Shown here: one piece after another, positions 32,915 through 43,698 of the stretch | Layout of the letters: each line of letters starts with the position of its first letter | How positions within the stretch are numbered: position 1 is the stretch's first letter | NCBI GenBank assembly: GCA_963675495.1 | Contig: OY776215.1 | Coordinates: forward strand, 416,001-480,000 | Origin: an uncultured Methanolobus sp. | GTDB lineage: Archaea > Halobacteriota > Methanosarcinia > Methanosarcinales > Methanosarcinaceae | Reading direction: 5' to 3' | Length of the DNA: 64,000 nt | Notes under the pieces: model-generated | Seen by the model: the letters and a program-made list of their open reading frames with translations, nothing else | The model's database searches: none | Told to the model about the DNA's origin: nothing | Program-made: the position numbers and the translations under genes

Positions 32915-34693
32915 TTGAGAATAACTATGCATTGCTATAAAAAATCTGCTGAGCTAAGCAAAAAAGCAGATTATCTTTACGAAGATTCTTCTTTTTATTG
33001 TAAACAGAAATATATCAAATTATTTGAGGAGCTACCGATAGGAGTCCTGTTAACAAATAAAAGACAGGAGATTGAGTATTGTAATCCTGTATTCTCAACC
33101 ATCCTTGGATTTAAAATTGCGGATATATACAACTACGATATAAAAAGTATTTTTAACTGTTCATCACAAGACAAGAATGATGCATATCAGACTACAGACC
33201 CTTCAGATGATTTTTCAGCACAGGTTTTTACGTGTAATTGGAATACAAAATTGGGTATTCAAAAGAAAATAAGATGTAAAAAAATTGATATTGACATCAC
33301 AGAGGACTCTTTCAGTGGAATTGCCTGGTATATTGAAGATCTTAGTTTTTCTTTAGGTACAAAAGAAACCTTTTGCCAGACAACAAGCGATAAAGAATCA
33401 AAAATTATTATTCAGAAAAAACTGGAAATCGAAAGTGCCATATCCTACATTTCCTCAACCCTTATTGCACCAGATGACCTGGATAGTGCTCTTGTGAATT
33501 CCCTGGAAATTACTGGAGAAATCTGTGGTGCAAGTCGTGCATATTTTTTCCATTTTCATGACGGCAATAAAAGTATGAGTAACACTCATGAATGGTGTTC
33601 TGCCGGTGTAAAATCTCAAAAAGATACTCTTCAGGATCTTCCTGTAACAATGTTTCCCTGGTGGATGGACAAAATCAGCCGTGGAGAAATAATACATGTA
33701 AAAAACGTGTCATCAATGCCTCCGGAAGCTGCAACAGAAAAAGAGATCCTTGAAATGCAGGATATTACTTCCCTTCTTGTTCTTCCGGTATATATATCAG
33801 GAATAATTGCAGGCTTTATAGGACTTGATAATGTTGCGGTGGCAAGTAAATGGACTATGAAAGATGTTATGATCCTTGGAACAGTTGCCAACATAATAGG
33901 AAGTGCTATCGGGCAAAGAGAAATTCAGGATGAACTTAATGAGCATAACAGAAAACTTGAGCAAGCATACAATGAACTCAAAAACATAGAGATTATGAAA
34001 GACGAGTTTATATCAAATCTCAGCCACGAACTAAGAACACCACTTAGTACTATTCAAGGCTATAGCGAACTTTTGGTGCAAAATGAGATCGGACCGCTCA
34101 ATCCTAAGCAAAAAAAAGTTGCAAATGCCGTATTTAATAGTTCTAAAAAACTAAGCTTACTTATAAATTCTTTATTGTACATGGGAAGTGTGCTTGCAGG
34201 CAAGGTAGATTACCAGTTCGATCCTGTTCAGATTGAGAATGTGATTGATAATACTGTGCTTCATTTTGCTTATGAAGCACAAAAAAAGAAAATACATATG
34301 AAAAAAGAAATTAATGGAAAAATGCCTGTTATTTGCGGAGATGTTAACTTTCTTCTGCAATTATTTTATAAACTATTAGATAATGCCATCAAGTTCACAC
34401 CTGAAGGAGGAAACATAACAATAGCCAGCAACGAGGAAAACAGTGGCTTGCATTTAGAAGTAAGAGATACAGGAATAGGCATACCACAAGGAAAAATTGA
34501 TGATATTTTTACAAGTTTCTATCAGGTCGATGGATCTTCAACCCGCAGATACGGAGGTACAGGACTTGGCCTTTATGCATCAAAAAAAATAGTCGATGCT
34601 CATTATGGTAAAATATGGATCGACAAGAATGGCGATAAAGGCACAATCGTTCATGTATTCCTGCCGGCAAACAGACAAATGAATGTTTTTTAA
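32915..34693 (+). CDS. Cytoplasmic PAS-GAF sensor histidine kinase
   Basis: 'LSHELRTPL', 'LLDNAIKFT', 'DTGIGI', 'GGTGLGL'; start may be ATG 32927. Confidence 0.9.
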   Translation: MRITMHCYKKSAELSKKADYLYEDSSFYCKQKYIKLFEELPIGVLLTNKRQEIEYCNPVFSTILGFKIADIYNYDIKSIFNCSSQDKNDAYQTTDPSDDFSAQVFTCNWNTKLGIQKKIRCKKIDIDITEDSFSGIAWYIEDLSFSLGTKETFCQTTSDKESKIIIQKKLEIESAISYISSTLIAPDDLDSALVNSLEITGEICGASRAYFFHFHDGNKSMSNTHEWCSAGVKSQKDTLQDLPVTMFPWWMDKISRGEIIHVKNVSSMPPEAATEKEILEMQDITSLLVLPVYISGIIAGFIGLDNVAVASKWTMKDVMILGTVANIIGSAIGQREIQDELNEHNRKLEQAYNELKNIEIMKDEFISNLSHELRTPLSTIQGYSELLVQNEIGPLNPKQKKVANAVFNSSKKLSLLINSLLYMGSVLAGKVDYQFDPVQIENVIDNTVLHFAYEAQKKKIHMKKEINGKMPVICGDVNFLLQLFYKLLDNAIKFTPEGGNITIASNEENSGLHLEVRDTGIGIPQGKIDDIFTSFYQVDGSSTRRYGGTGLGLYASKKIVDAHYGKIWIDKNGDKGTIVHVFLPANRQMNVF

Positions 34694-35922
34694 AGCAAAT
34701 CCATCCTTGCGACACCGTTATTAATAGCTGCTTCTGAAACAGCTGATGCTACAGTTTCTACAACTCTTTTATCAAGCGGACCGGGGATTATGTAATTATC
34801 GCTGAGCATATCATCTGTAACGATGCCCGCAAGTGCATACACTGCCGCCAGTTCCATTTCCGGAGTTATATCACTGGCACGCGTGTCCAGAGCCCCACGA
34901 AATATACCTGGAAAACCAAGACAATTATTTATCTGGTTCGGGCAGTCTGAACGACCTGTTGCAACCACCCTTGCACCTGCTTCTTTTGCAATATTTGGCA
35001 TGATCTCAGGAACAGGATTGGCCATTGCAAACACAATTGCATCAGATGCCATGGATGAAACCATTTCACTACTTACTATCCCGGGTGCTGAAACACCGAT
35101 AAAAACGTCAGCATCAACCAGTGCGTTTGCAAGTGTTCCTTTAATGTCTTGTTTGTTTGTAGCAATGGCAATTTCCTCTTTTTCAGGATTCATACCTTCT
35201 ATGCGTCCTTTGTGAATAGTTCCCCGACTATCACATACAATAAGCCTTTCAGGATTGACACCGGCATACAGCAACTTTAAAGCTATCGCTTTTCCCGCTG
35301 CTCCTGCCCCCGATATGACCACTTTGATGTTTGGTATTTCTTTGCCAACGACCCTCAAGGCATTGATCAGACCTGCGATAACCACAACTGCTGTACCATG
35401 CTGATCATCATGGAACACGGGTATAGAAAGTTCCTTACGCAATCTTTCCTCTATCTCAAAACACCGGGGAGCACTTATATCCTCCAGATTTATACCACCA
35501 AAAGCAGGAGCTATATATTTAACTGTCCGGATTATCTCCTCAGTATCGGTTGTGTCCAGACAGACAGGAAACGCATCAATACCTGCAAGTTCTTTGAATA
35601 TCAGGGCTTTACCCTCCATTACAGGCAAAGCAGCATGCGGACCAATGTTTCTAAGACCAAGGACAGCAGAACCATCTGTAATTATTGCTACCGAGTTCTT
35701 TTTCGTGGTGTATCTATAAACATCGTCGATGTTTTCTGCTATTTTTTGGCATGGTTCAGCAACTCCGGGAGTATAGGCAAGACTCAGGTCTTCTATAGTA
35801 TTGAGAGGAACCTTGCCACTTATGCCAATAACTCCACCTGCATTTTCATGCAGTTCCAAAGACCGCTCCCCCAGAGTATCATCACTTTCCATACACATGG
35901 AAGACTTAAAATTTCCATCCAT
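34690..35922 (-). CDS. NAD(P)-dependent malic enzyme
   Basis: 'LSLAYTPGVA', 'PVMEGKA', 'INLEDI', 'FHDDQHGTA', 'GAGAAG', 'TGRSDCPNQINN'. Confidence 0.93.
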   Translation of the reverse strand: MDGNFKSSMCMESDDTLGERSLELHENAGGVIGISGKVPLNTIEDLSLAYTPGVAEPCQKIAENIDDVYRYTTKKNSVAIITDGSAVLGLRNIGPHAALPVMEGKALIFKELAGIDAFPVCLDTTDTEEIIRTVKYIAPAFGGINLEDISAPRCFEIEERLRKELSIPVFHDDQHGTAVVVIAGLINALRVVGKEIPNIKVVISGAGAAGKAIALKLLYAGVNPERLIVCDSRGTIHKGRIEGMNPEKEEIAIATNKQDIKGTLANALVDADVFIGVSAPGIVSSEMVSSMASDAIVFAMANPVPEIMPNIAKEAGARVVATGRSDCPNQINNCLGFPGIFRGALDTRASDITPEMELAAVYALAGIVTDDMLSDNYIIPGPLDKRVVETVASAVSEAAINNGVARMDLL

Positions 35923-36021
35923 TTTTATCCACTTCCCAAACAGTACATAAATTTCCTTTAATATTCTGAATTATAGATGTCTTCAAAAAAGTTATATGTT
36001 CCCATATCCTAAGAATATAGA

Positions 36022-36423
36022 ATGAGTACAGAAATAAAGGGCATTGCAAAAGAAACACTAAATTTCGTACTTGAGGTCAGTAAATCCACATTCCCGAATG
36101 AATTTGCAGGTCTCTTGCAGGCAAAGGATGGTATCATTACCGATATTCTGTTTCTCCCGGGCACGGAATCCAGCGAGATCAACGCAGTCCTCAAACTTTT
36201 TATGATGCCAAACATCTCAGCTGTAGGATCTGTACACAGCCACCCAAGCTCTGTAATCAGGCCTTCAAAGGCAGACCTGAGACTGTTCAGCAAAACTGGC
36301 AATCATCACATTATAGTTGGTCATCCATTTGGCCCTGAAAACTGGAAATGTTTTAACGGGAGCGGTGAAGAGATAATACTGAATGTCTTGGATGTTGAGA
36401 TAGAAGATGATGAAATTCTTTGA
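36022..36423 (+). CDS. JAMM/MPN+ (Mov34) metalloprotease, desampylase-like
   Basis: Intact JAMM motif E...HSHPSSVIRPSKAD. Confidence 0.88.
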   Translation: MSTEIKGIAKETLNFVLEVSKSTFPNEFAGLLQAKDGIITDILFLPGTESSEINAVLKLFMMPNISAVGSVHSHPSSVIRPSKADLRLFSKTGNHHIIVGHPFGPENWKCFNGSGEEIILNVLDVEIEDDEIL

Positions 36424-36495
36424 TATTTTCGTAAATACCCAGAATAACAGAATGTTTTAAATCTCCAGACCAACTACTCTTATATACCAAAATAT

Positions 36496-36951
36496 ATGGA
36501 GTGGAAGAAATTGTCAGATGAGATCAAACAGAAAATAGTTGAATGCTTAATTAGTCACAATTGGCTAAACCTGGGAACAGTGGACAAAAACGGAAAACCA
36601 ATGGTACATACCATGGGATACGTGTCAGATGGTGCAGTGGTTTATTTTGGTACCGGAAAGGACACACGTAAAGCTGCCAATATTCTCAACAACAGCAATG
36701 TAGCCTACACAGTAGACGATGATGAAGTACAGCTCATGGAAATAACAGGTGTCCAGATGGAAGGAAAGGCATCTATGGTTACTGATGAGGCAGAAGCAGG
36801 TAAAGCGTTCCAGTTAATGCTTGAAAAGTTCCCCTTTATGGCCGACATGCCTACGGATAATGATAATATACTGATTAAAGTGGAACCGGTAACAGCTTAC
36901 TATCTGGATTATACCAAAGGGTTTGGCTACAGGGATATGGTCAGCTATTGA
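36496..36951 (+). CDS. Pyridoxamine 5'-phosphate oxidase-like FMN-binding protein
   Basis: 'LGTVDKNGKP', 'TRKAANILNNSNVA', 'GVQMEGKA'. Confidence 0.85.
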   Translation: MEWKKLSDEIKQKIVECLISHNWLNLGTVDKNGKPMVHTMGYVSDGAVVYFGTGKDTRKAANILNNSNVAYTVDDDEVQLMEITGVQMEGKASMVTDEAEAGKAFQLMLEKFPFMADMPTDNDNILIKVEPVTAYYLDYTKGFGYRDMVSY

Positions 36952-37078
36952 AAGTTCTATTATTGCATAAACATCAGATGAATATGCAGTATCCACATAA
37001 ATTTTTTATAACAGGGAAGTATTTCCTAATTAATAATCCCGATACCTTATTAAAGTATAATAAATAGGCAGCACATCG

Positions 37079-37123
37079 GAAAAGACTGCAAATGGAATAT
37101 GGATATCCATTTGCAGTCTTTTC
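37079..37123. repeat. 18-bp perfect inverted repeat (strong hairpin, probable bidirectional terminator)
   Basis: GAAAAGACTGCAAATGGA-ATATGGATA-TCCATTTGCAGTCTTTTC. Confidence 0.85.
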
Positions 37124-37178
37124 TACATTAAACCCCGATATATACCCATTCTATATTTGTGTGGTACAAATTAAAATC

Positions 37179-37292
37179 TCAGACTACACCATGGTAGCTG
37201 AGGAATGAGTAGTATGTCAGCAAAGCGATCATAAGTGAAACAAGCAGTGTTCCAAAACTGTACGAATTATAGCTAACGTTGTATTCTGTCAT
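37179..37292 (-). CDS. Putative 37-aa single-TM small protein
   Basis: MTEYNVSYNSYSFGTLLVSLMIALLTYYSFLSYHGVV*; TATA-like TTTATATA about 32 nt upstream. Confidence 0.5.
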   Translation of the reverse strand: MTEYNVSYNSYSFGTLLVSLMIALLTYYSFLSYHGVV

Positions 37293-37294
37293 GT

Positions 37295-37334
37295 TTTATC
37301 ATGATAAACATATACTTCACCATATATAAAGTTT
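37295..37334 (-). promoter_or_regulatory. TATA box with a 14-bp palindrome near the predicted start site
   Basis: Minus strand AAACTTTATATATG (37334-37321); palindrome TTTATCATGATAAA at 37295-37308. Confidence 0.5.
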
Positions 37335-37447
37335 CCCTGTATTTGTCATGATTAATCATTTTCTTTGTGGGCTTACGAACAATCCACATAATTAGAGCTA
37401 ACAATAGATAAATACAAGAAAAACAGAGAAGATTAGATTTTGTTAAC

Positions 37448-37885
37448 ATGAGGGAAAATATGGAAACTCAAGAAAACATGGATGATATCAAGAGATATTT
37501 TTCGCAGGAATGCTTTGCATCCAATTCAGGTATGAATCTGACCTTCGTCTCAAAGGGATATGCAAAAGCAGAAATGAAAATCGAAAAAAAACACCTTAAT
37601 ATCCTTGGCAGTGTCCACGGAGGGGCTATTTTCACATTAGCAGATATGGTGTTTGCAGCAGCATCTAATTCCCACGGAAATGCAGCAGTTGCCATCAATG
37701 TAGATATAGCCTACGTAAAAGCTACAACAAAAGGTACCCTATATGCTGAAGCTAAGGAAACATCCATAAACCCGAAGATATCAACGTATGTAGTAAATGT
37801 AACTGATGAAGAAGGAGACACCGTTGCCATATTCAACGGAATGGCTTACAGGAAGAAGAATAAGCTGGAGATTCCTGAAAAGTAG
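37448..37885 (+). CDS. paaI: PaaI-family thioesterase
   Basis: 'HLNILGSVHGGAIFTLADMVFAAASN'. Confidence 0.88.
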   Translation: MRENMETQENMDDIKRYFSQECFASNSGMNLTFVSKGYAKAEMKIEKKHLNILGSVHGGAIFTLADMVFAAASNSHGNAAVAINVDIAYVKATTKGTLYAEAKETSINPKISTYVVNVTDEEGDTVAIFNGMAYRKKNKLEIPEK

Positions 37886-38049
37886 AAACTATCCTACAAT
37901 AAATTCCTATAAGAACAATAAAAAATAATTAAAAAAGCTGGAAGATCAAACCAGCTCTTTTGGTTACCTGTTCTCAGCAATGAATATAATTTTGTTGAAT
38001 TTACAGGTATAGAGGAATCAATTTCCTTTGAACACGATGACTAGAGTGT

Positions 38050-39351
38050 TCAAAGAGCATTCCTTCTGTCTATAACCTTTTGAGATTTACCCGCAGTACG
38101 TGGAATAGAACCCCTTTCAGCCAGTTCTACATTGGTTCTGATATTAAGCACGCTCTTCAATTCATTTTCAACATGCCTGCGTACAGCAGCAAGATCTTTC
38201 AATTCACCTGTGAAAGCATTTTCCTCAAGTTCCACCTTTACGGTGATCTCATCAAGCATCTTTATATTCCTGTCAAGGATGACCTGGAAATGTTCTGTTA
38301 TCTCAGGAATATTGACAATAACATCTTCTATCTGAGAAGGGAATACGTTTATGCCTCTTACGATAAGCATGTCATCAGCCCTGCCAAGAAGCCTTGATAT
38401 ACGAGGAGTCGTACGGCCACATGAACATTCGCTTTCGAGCAGTCTAGTAATGTCACCGGTCCTATACCTTATAATTGGTAGAGCTTCCTTTGTGAGGGAT
38501 GTGAGTACAAGTTCTCCTTTTTCTCCTTCTGCTACCTGCTCACCGTTCTCATCAAGCACTTCAACAAAGAAATGGTCGCCCCATACGTGAAGACCGTCCT
38601 GCTCCTCACATTCAAAAGCAACTCCCGGACCCATGAGTTCTGAAAGTCCATAGGAATCATATGCTTTGATGTTCAAAGCATTTTCAAGTTGCTTTCTGGT
38701 GTTGGATGACCACGGTTCAGCACCAAAACATCCAACCTTAAGGGAAAGCTTGTCCACGATGTCCATTTCCTTCGCGGTTTCTGCAAGGTAAAGAGCATAA
38801 GAAGGAGTACAATGTACTGCTGTAACACCGAAATCCATCATCATCTCAAGCTGCCTGCATGTGTTGCCTGTGCCGCTGGGAACAGTCATGGCACCCATTC
38901 TTTCCACACCATAGTGAAAACCAAGACCGCCTGTGAAAAGTCCGTAGTTCACTGCATTCTGAAAAACATCGGTACTGTCAAGACCTACCATAGTGAGGTT
39001 CCTTGCCATGAGGTCTGACCATGTTTCAATGTCATTTCTGGTATAGCCGACAACTGTTGGTTTTCCACTGGTACCTGAAGATGCGTGAATCCTCACAACA
39101 TCTTTTTTTGGAACTGCAAAGAGCCCAAAGGGATAATTATCTCGAAGATCTGTTTTTTTCGTCATTGGCAACTTGCTAATATCATCCAGTGATCTGATAT
39201 CATCAGGGCTTATTCCAAGTTGCTTGAATTTCTCTTTGTAAAAAGGAACATTATTATAGACTGCTGCAGCCGTCTTTTTTAAGCGTTTCAGTTGTAGTTC
39301 GGCAAGTTCTTCCTTTTTCATTGTTTCGTATTTTGGCTGCCAGTAATTCAT
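38050..39351 (-). CDS. paaK: Phenylacetate-CoA ligase
   Basis: 'LRDNYPFG', 'RIHASSGTSGKP', 'GAEPW', 'SYGLSE', 'RYRTGD', 'GRADDMLIVRGINVFPSQIE'. Confidence 0.93.
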   Translation of the reverse strand: MNYWQPKYETMKKEELAELQLKRLKKTAAAVYNNVPFYKEKFKQLGISPDDIRSLDDISKLPMTKKTDLRDNYPFGLFAVPKKDVVRIHASSGTSGKPTVVGYTRNDIETWSDLMARNLTMVGLDSTDVFQNAVNYGLFTGGLGFHYGVERMGAMTVPSGTGNTCRQLEMMMDFGVTAVHCTPSYALYLAETAKEMDIVDKLSLKVGCFGAEPWSSNTRKQLENALNIKAYDSYGLSELMGPGVAFECEEQDGLHVWGDHFFVEVLDENGEQVAEGEKGELVLTSLTKEALPIIRYRTGDITRLLESECSCGRTTPRISRLLGRADDMLIVRGINVFPSQIEDVIVNIPEITEHFQVILDRNIKMLDEITVKVELEENAFTGELKDLAAVRRHVENELKSVLNIRTNVELAERGSIPRTAGKSQKVIDRRNAL

Positions 39352-39615
39352 GAGAATATCTCCGCAAACACCTCTCATATGAGTACATCTTTAAATGGTT
39401 TGCTATTGTGGCACATGGTAACAAGGGTTAATTATAAAACAATACCCAGGTAATTATATTTGTACACATATATTCAAATATGAGTACATAAATTAATAAT
39501 TTAGACTGAATTTAAATGAATGCATGTTCATAATATCGAAATATATGCACATAATTAGCAATTTTATGACATAACAGTTTAAACGATGTACATTCAGTTC
39601 TCCCATTAGATTGTA

Positions 39616-40905
39616 ATGGGACATATTCAAAAACGTCAGATATTTGCAGGAACAGTTTTTTTAATTCTGTTCCTGTGTACTATTCATACAGCAGCAGCCC
39701 ATAGCAATGATATTTCCACTGAGTTCATATCCAGTTACAAATTGATTCCGGAAGAAGGGATTGTAAAAGTTTCCAAAGAGATCACATTCTTTAACAATAA
39801 CGTTGATACGAAATATTGGAGAGGATACTACTCCAACTACAATTATTATCTGCCAGAAGGGGCAAAGAACGTAGAAGCTAGTGACGCTGAAGATACGGTC
39901 TTTTTTAAGATTTCTGCTGACGGTTATTATGTGTTCAATTTCAACCAGAAGGTCTGGTATGAGGAAAGTTACACGTTCAATATAGATTATGAGCTTGAGA
40001 TAAACAGGAATACGGCTGTTTTTTCCTTAAACGAATATGGAAACAACATTGAGGTCACACTTGAAGTGCCATCAGATTTTGATACGCAAATAGGCAGAGA
40101 TGATTACAAAATTGAAGAGAAAAAATATTCAAGCGTCTATATATTCGAAAAAGGGCAGAAATGGGACAGATCGTATTCTGTTAATTCCGTGAGAGCATCA
40201 CCGCGCCTGACATTGAAAGATACAGCTCATCTGATAGAGAGGGATGTCGGTGTAGAGATCAGATACTGGGAAGGTGAAGAGGAGTGGGCACAGGATATAA
40301 TGGAGACAACAGTTGAGAGTTTAACATTATTAGAGGAAAAATGGGGTATCGCATATCCTGCAAAATATAACGTCACGATAACACAGGCAAACTTAACTGA
40401 AACAGGTGGATATGGCGGATACAATCAGGGAAGGAATGGAATATGGTTATTATATACATCCAACCATGGAATACTAATACATGAACTTGCACATTACTGG
40501 ACACGCGCCTGCAACTTTGACCAATTATGGATGGATGAAGGTTATGCAGATCTGTATTCCTATTTGGTCCTAAGTGAAATAGATCCAGAAGAAGCTGTTT
40601 CAAGACGTAATAGATTTCTTGACAAATATAATGATCTAAAAAATCAATATGATTACCCATTATCCGATTGGAATACGCCTGAAAGCATCGATGGTTCTAC
40701 GGAAGAATATGTGGATTTCGGATATAAAAAAGCATTTTTACTCACCCTTACATTATATGAAACAAACGACATTGACATATTGCAGGAAATGAACCAGCAA
40801 TTTGCAAATTGTGGAAATGATATTGATAATAAGGATTATATTAGAATCGCTGATTCTGTTTCAAATGAAGATACAAGTTTTATTGAAACGCTTATCTATG
40901 CCTAG
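39616..40905 (+). CDS. Secreted gluzincin (M1/MA-clan) metallopeptidase-like protein
   Basis: Signal peptide; 'HELAHYW...WMDEGYA' zinc motif. Confidence 0.75.
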   Translation: MGHIQKRQIFAGTVFLILFLCTIHTAAAHSNDISTEFISSYKLIPEEGIVKVSKEITFFNNNVDTKYWRGYYSNYNYYLPEGAKNVEASDAEDTVFFKISADGYYVFNFNQKVWYEESYTFNIDYELEINRNTAVFSLNEYGNNIEVTLEVPSDFDTQIGRDDYKIEEKKYSSVYIFEKGQKWDRSYSVNSVRASPRLTLKDTAHLIERDVGVEIRYWEGEEEWAQDIMETTVESLTLLEEKWGIAYPAKYNVTITQANLTETGGYGGYNQGRNGIWLLYTSNHGILIHELAHYWTRACNFDQLWMDEGYADLYSYLVLSEIDPEEAVSRRNRFLDKYNDLKNQYDYPLSDWNTPESIDGSTEEYVDFGYKKAFLLTLTLYETNDIDILQEMNQQFANCGNDIDNKDYIRIADSVSNEDTSFIETLIYA

Positions 40906-41093
40906 AATATACCCAGTCTGTATCAATATGTTTTCAAATGATTAAAATAGAATACTTTTATAAAATATACTTCTAGCGAATATATTTATAACTTAACAAA
41001 GCATTAGAGTAATAAGTAGTGTGGAAAGCCATGCACTACCCTATGACTTTAAAGAGTCACATACCGTTTATTCACTTATGGGGAAAGTGGGAA

Positions 41094-43679
41094 ATGAATG
41101 GGTATTCTAAAAACAATAAACACACCATAGCAAACTTAGTTGACGTACTTGATGATATATTAGATCAGACATCAATTGAAGAATTATTGAAGATACTTGT
41201 AGATAGGATACCATCTTTATTTTCAGAATCTGGAAATGTATCCGCTAAAGTATCCTGGCTGGATGAGCATTGCCAGTCCCAATTCTGCGTTGAATCTGGT
41301 GTCCTCCTTACCAGTGACATTATTATACATGGCAAAAAAGAAGGTTTTATTGAGATCATAGTCGCAGGCAAGAATACAGAAGTTGAAGATAATGTAGATA
41401 TCCCCGAATATGAAAAATTGCTACACCTTATTTCCAGAATGATTTCTATCTTTTTTGAAAAAAGGAAAGAAGTTACGGAACTAGAAAAAATGGAAAAAAA
41501 GGTGAGGAATTATTACAACAAACTTGAAGATTATATATTTGTAGTGGATTTGAATGGAAATATACTTGATTTTAACAAAAGTTTTGAAAACTGCACAGGG
41601 TACACTGCCAAAGAACTCCGTCAAATGAACATTAAAGATATGCTTACACAATGCACCGGTGACTTTGGAGAATTCTCCCTGATAAAAGATGCTGTCACAC
41701 AAAAAGGCTCAACATTTGAGTTCGACTACAGATGTAAGAATGGAGACACCATGCCTTTGAGTATCACCTGCAAACCACTTGAAAATAATGAAAATAACAC
41801 CTTTATCTGTGTTGGAAAAAATATATCAGATACAAAAAAGGCCAAGTATGAACTGCAGGAATCTGAAAGAAAGTATTCAACTATCGTCGAAAAAGGTAAT
41901 GATGGGATCATTATCGTTCGGGAAGGAACAATCAGGTTTGCAAATTCAAGAATGTTAGACATTACCGGATATTCACATGAAGAGATCATCGGTGAAAAAT
42001 ATCTGAAACTTATTTCTGCAAACGGAAATAACAAATTTAGTGAGTGGCTCCGTCAATATGACAGTAAAGAAGATAATAAAATAATATCCCATATCAACTT
42101 GCTGACAAAAAATAACGAGCAGATACCTGTTGAGATCAACAGCTCGGAAATTGATTTTGAAGGGGAAGAAGCAAAACTTCTTATTATAAGGGATATCAGC
42201 AAAAGGAAAAACATCGAAGTACTTCTCGAAAAAGAAAGGGATAAACTTGAGAATTATCTGGACGTCACAGGTTCCATAATAGGTATAGTTGGACCAGACA
42301 CAAAAATTATCTTTGTTAACAAAAAAGGAGCAGAGGTTCTTGGTTACGATAAAGAGGAGATCATAGGCAAGAACTGGTTTGATAATTTCCTTCCTGAAAG
42401 TGTAAGGGAAATGACCCGGGATAATTTTATTAAAGTAATTGACGGTGAGATCGACCCACCTCAGTATTTCGAAAATCTGATTCTTACAAAAAATGGTGAA
42501 GAGAGACTAATATTCTGGCACGATGTACCTCTGGAAGATGAAAATGGTCAACGTATCGGAGTTATCAGTTCAGGAGAAGATATTACCGAGAGCAGAAAAA
42601 TGGAAGCAATGCTCATAGAATCGGAAAAGAATCTTAAAACTATATTTAACCATATTGATGACCTGATCTCTATTCACAAACCTCATGGAAAATTCATAGA
42701 CGTTAACAGAGCTGTGCTCTCATCAACCGGATATACAAAAGATGAAATGCTTAGAATGTCTCCGAAAGATATGGTCTGGCCTGGAATGAAACCCCTGATG
42801 GATGGATATACTGATCGCATAATAAAAGAGAAAAACGTTGTTTTTGAGATATATAACATTCACAAGGATGGATCCTTACTGCCTCATGAAGTAAATTCAA
42901 GGCTAATTGAATACAAAGGTGAGCAGGCAATTATCTCGGTCGCAAGGGACATAACTGAAAGAAAGAAGGCTGAAGAGAGGCTTAAAAGATATGCAGGCGA
43001 ACTTAAGCATTCTAACGAACTAAAGGATCTTTTCACGGATATTATCAGGCATGACCTGCTAACGCCTGCTAGTGTTGTCAAGGGTTATACAGAAGAACTA
43101 ATCCTTACTATCAAGGATGAAGAAGCACTCAAACTTGTGGAAAAGGTCAGAGAGAATAACAATAGACTTATCGAGCTTCTTGAAACAGCCACTAAACTGG
43201 CTAAACTGCAAAATAAAGAAGATATTACTTTTGAAAATAGGGATATTCTTCCTGTTTTTAAAATGGTATTGGACAGTTTCAAAGCCCAGATAGAAATGAA
43301 AGAGCATGAAATTATCTTCACCGGAGAAGGACCTTACCTGTCGATGGTCAATACAATTATTGAAGAGGTTTTTTCAAACCTCCTTTCGAATGCTATTAAA
43401 TACAGCCCTCCAAAAACTGAGATAGAAATAGCTTTTACCGATGAAGATGACATGTGGAAAATAAGTGTTGCTGACTTTGGGATTGGTATTCCCGATGAAG
43501 ATAAACCACTTCTTTTTACTCGTTTCCATCGTGCCGATAAAAAAGGCATAAAAGGGACAGGTCTTGGCCTTGCTATAGTTAAAAGGATAATAGAACTACA
43601 CGACGGCAAATATGGAGTGGAAGATAATCCAAAAGGAGAAGGCAGTGTTTTCTGGGTTACTGTAAAAAAGGCTGCATAA
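41094..43679 (+). CDS. Multi-PAS sensor histidine kinase
   Basis: Four PAS repeats; H-box 'IIRHDLLTP', 'NLLSNAIKYS', 'DFGIGI', 'GTGLGLAIV'. Confidence 0.9.
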   Translation: MNGYSKNNKHTIANLVDVLDDILDQTSIEELLKILVDRIPSLFSESGNVSAKVSWLDEHCQSQFCVESGVLLTSDIIIHGKKEGFIEIIVAGKNTEVEDNVDIPEYEKLLHLISRMISIFFEKRKEVTELEKMEKKVRNYYNKLEDYIFVVDLNGNILDFNKSFENCTGYTAKELRQMNIKDMLTQCTGDFGEFSLIKDAVTQKGSTFEFDYRCKNGDTMPLSITCKPLENNENNTFICVGKNISDTKKAKYELQESERKYSTIVEKGNDGIIIVREGTIRFANSRMLDITGYSHEEIIGEKYLKLISANGNNKFSEWLRQYDSKEDNKIISHINLLTKNNEQIPVEINSSEIDFEGEEAKLLIIRDISKRKNIEVLLEKERDKLENYLDVTGSIIGIVGPDTKIIFVNKKGAEVLGYDKEEIIGKNWFDNFLPESVREMTRDNFIKVIDGEIDPPQYFENLILTKNGEERLIFWHDVPLEDENGQRIGVISSGEDITESRKMEAMLIESEKNLKTIFNHIDDLISIHKPHGKFIDVNRAVLSSTGYTKDEMLRMSPKDMVWPGMKPLMDGYTDRIIKEKNVVFEIYNIHKDGSLLPHEVNSRLIEYKGEQAIISVARDITERKKAEERLKRYAGELKHSNELKDLFTDIIRHDLLTPASVVKGYTEELILTIKDEEALKLVEKVRENNNRLIELLETATKLAKLQNKEDITFENRDILPVFKMVLDSFKAQIEMKEHEIIFTGEGPYLSMVNTIIEEVFSNLLSNAIKYSPPKTEIEIAFTDEDDMWKISVADFGIGIPDEDKPLLFTRFHRADKKGIKGTGLGLAIVKRIIELHDGKYGVEDNPKGEGSVFWVTVKKAA

Positions 43680-43698
43680 TTAAAAATGCCCAATTCGA

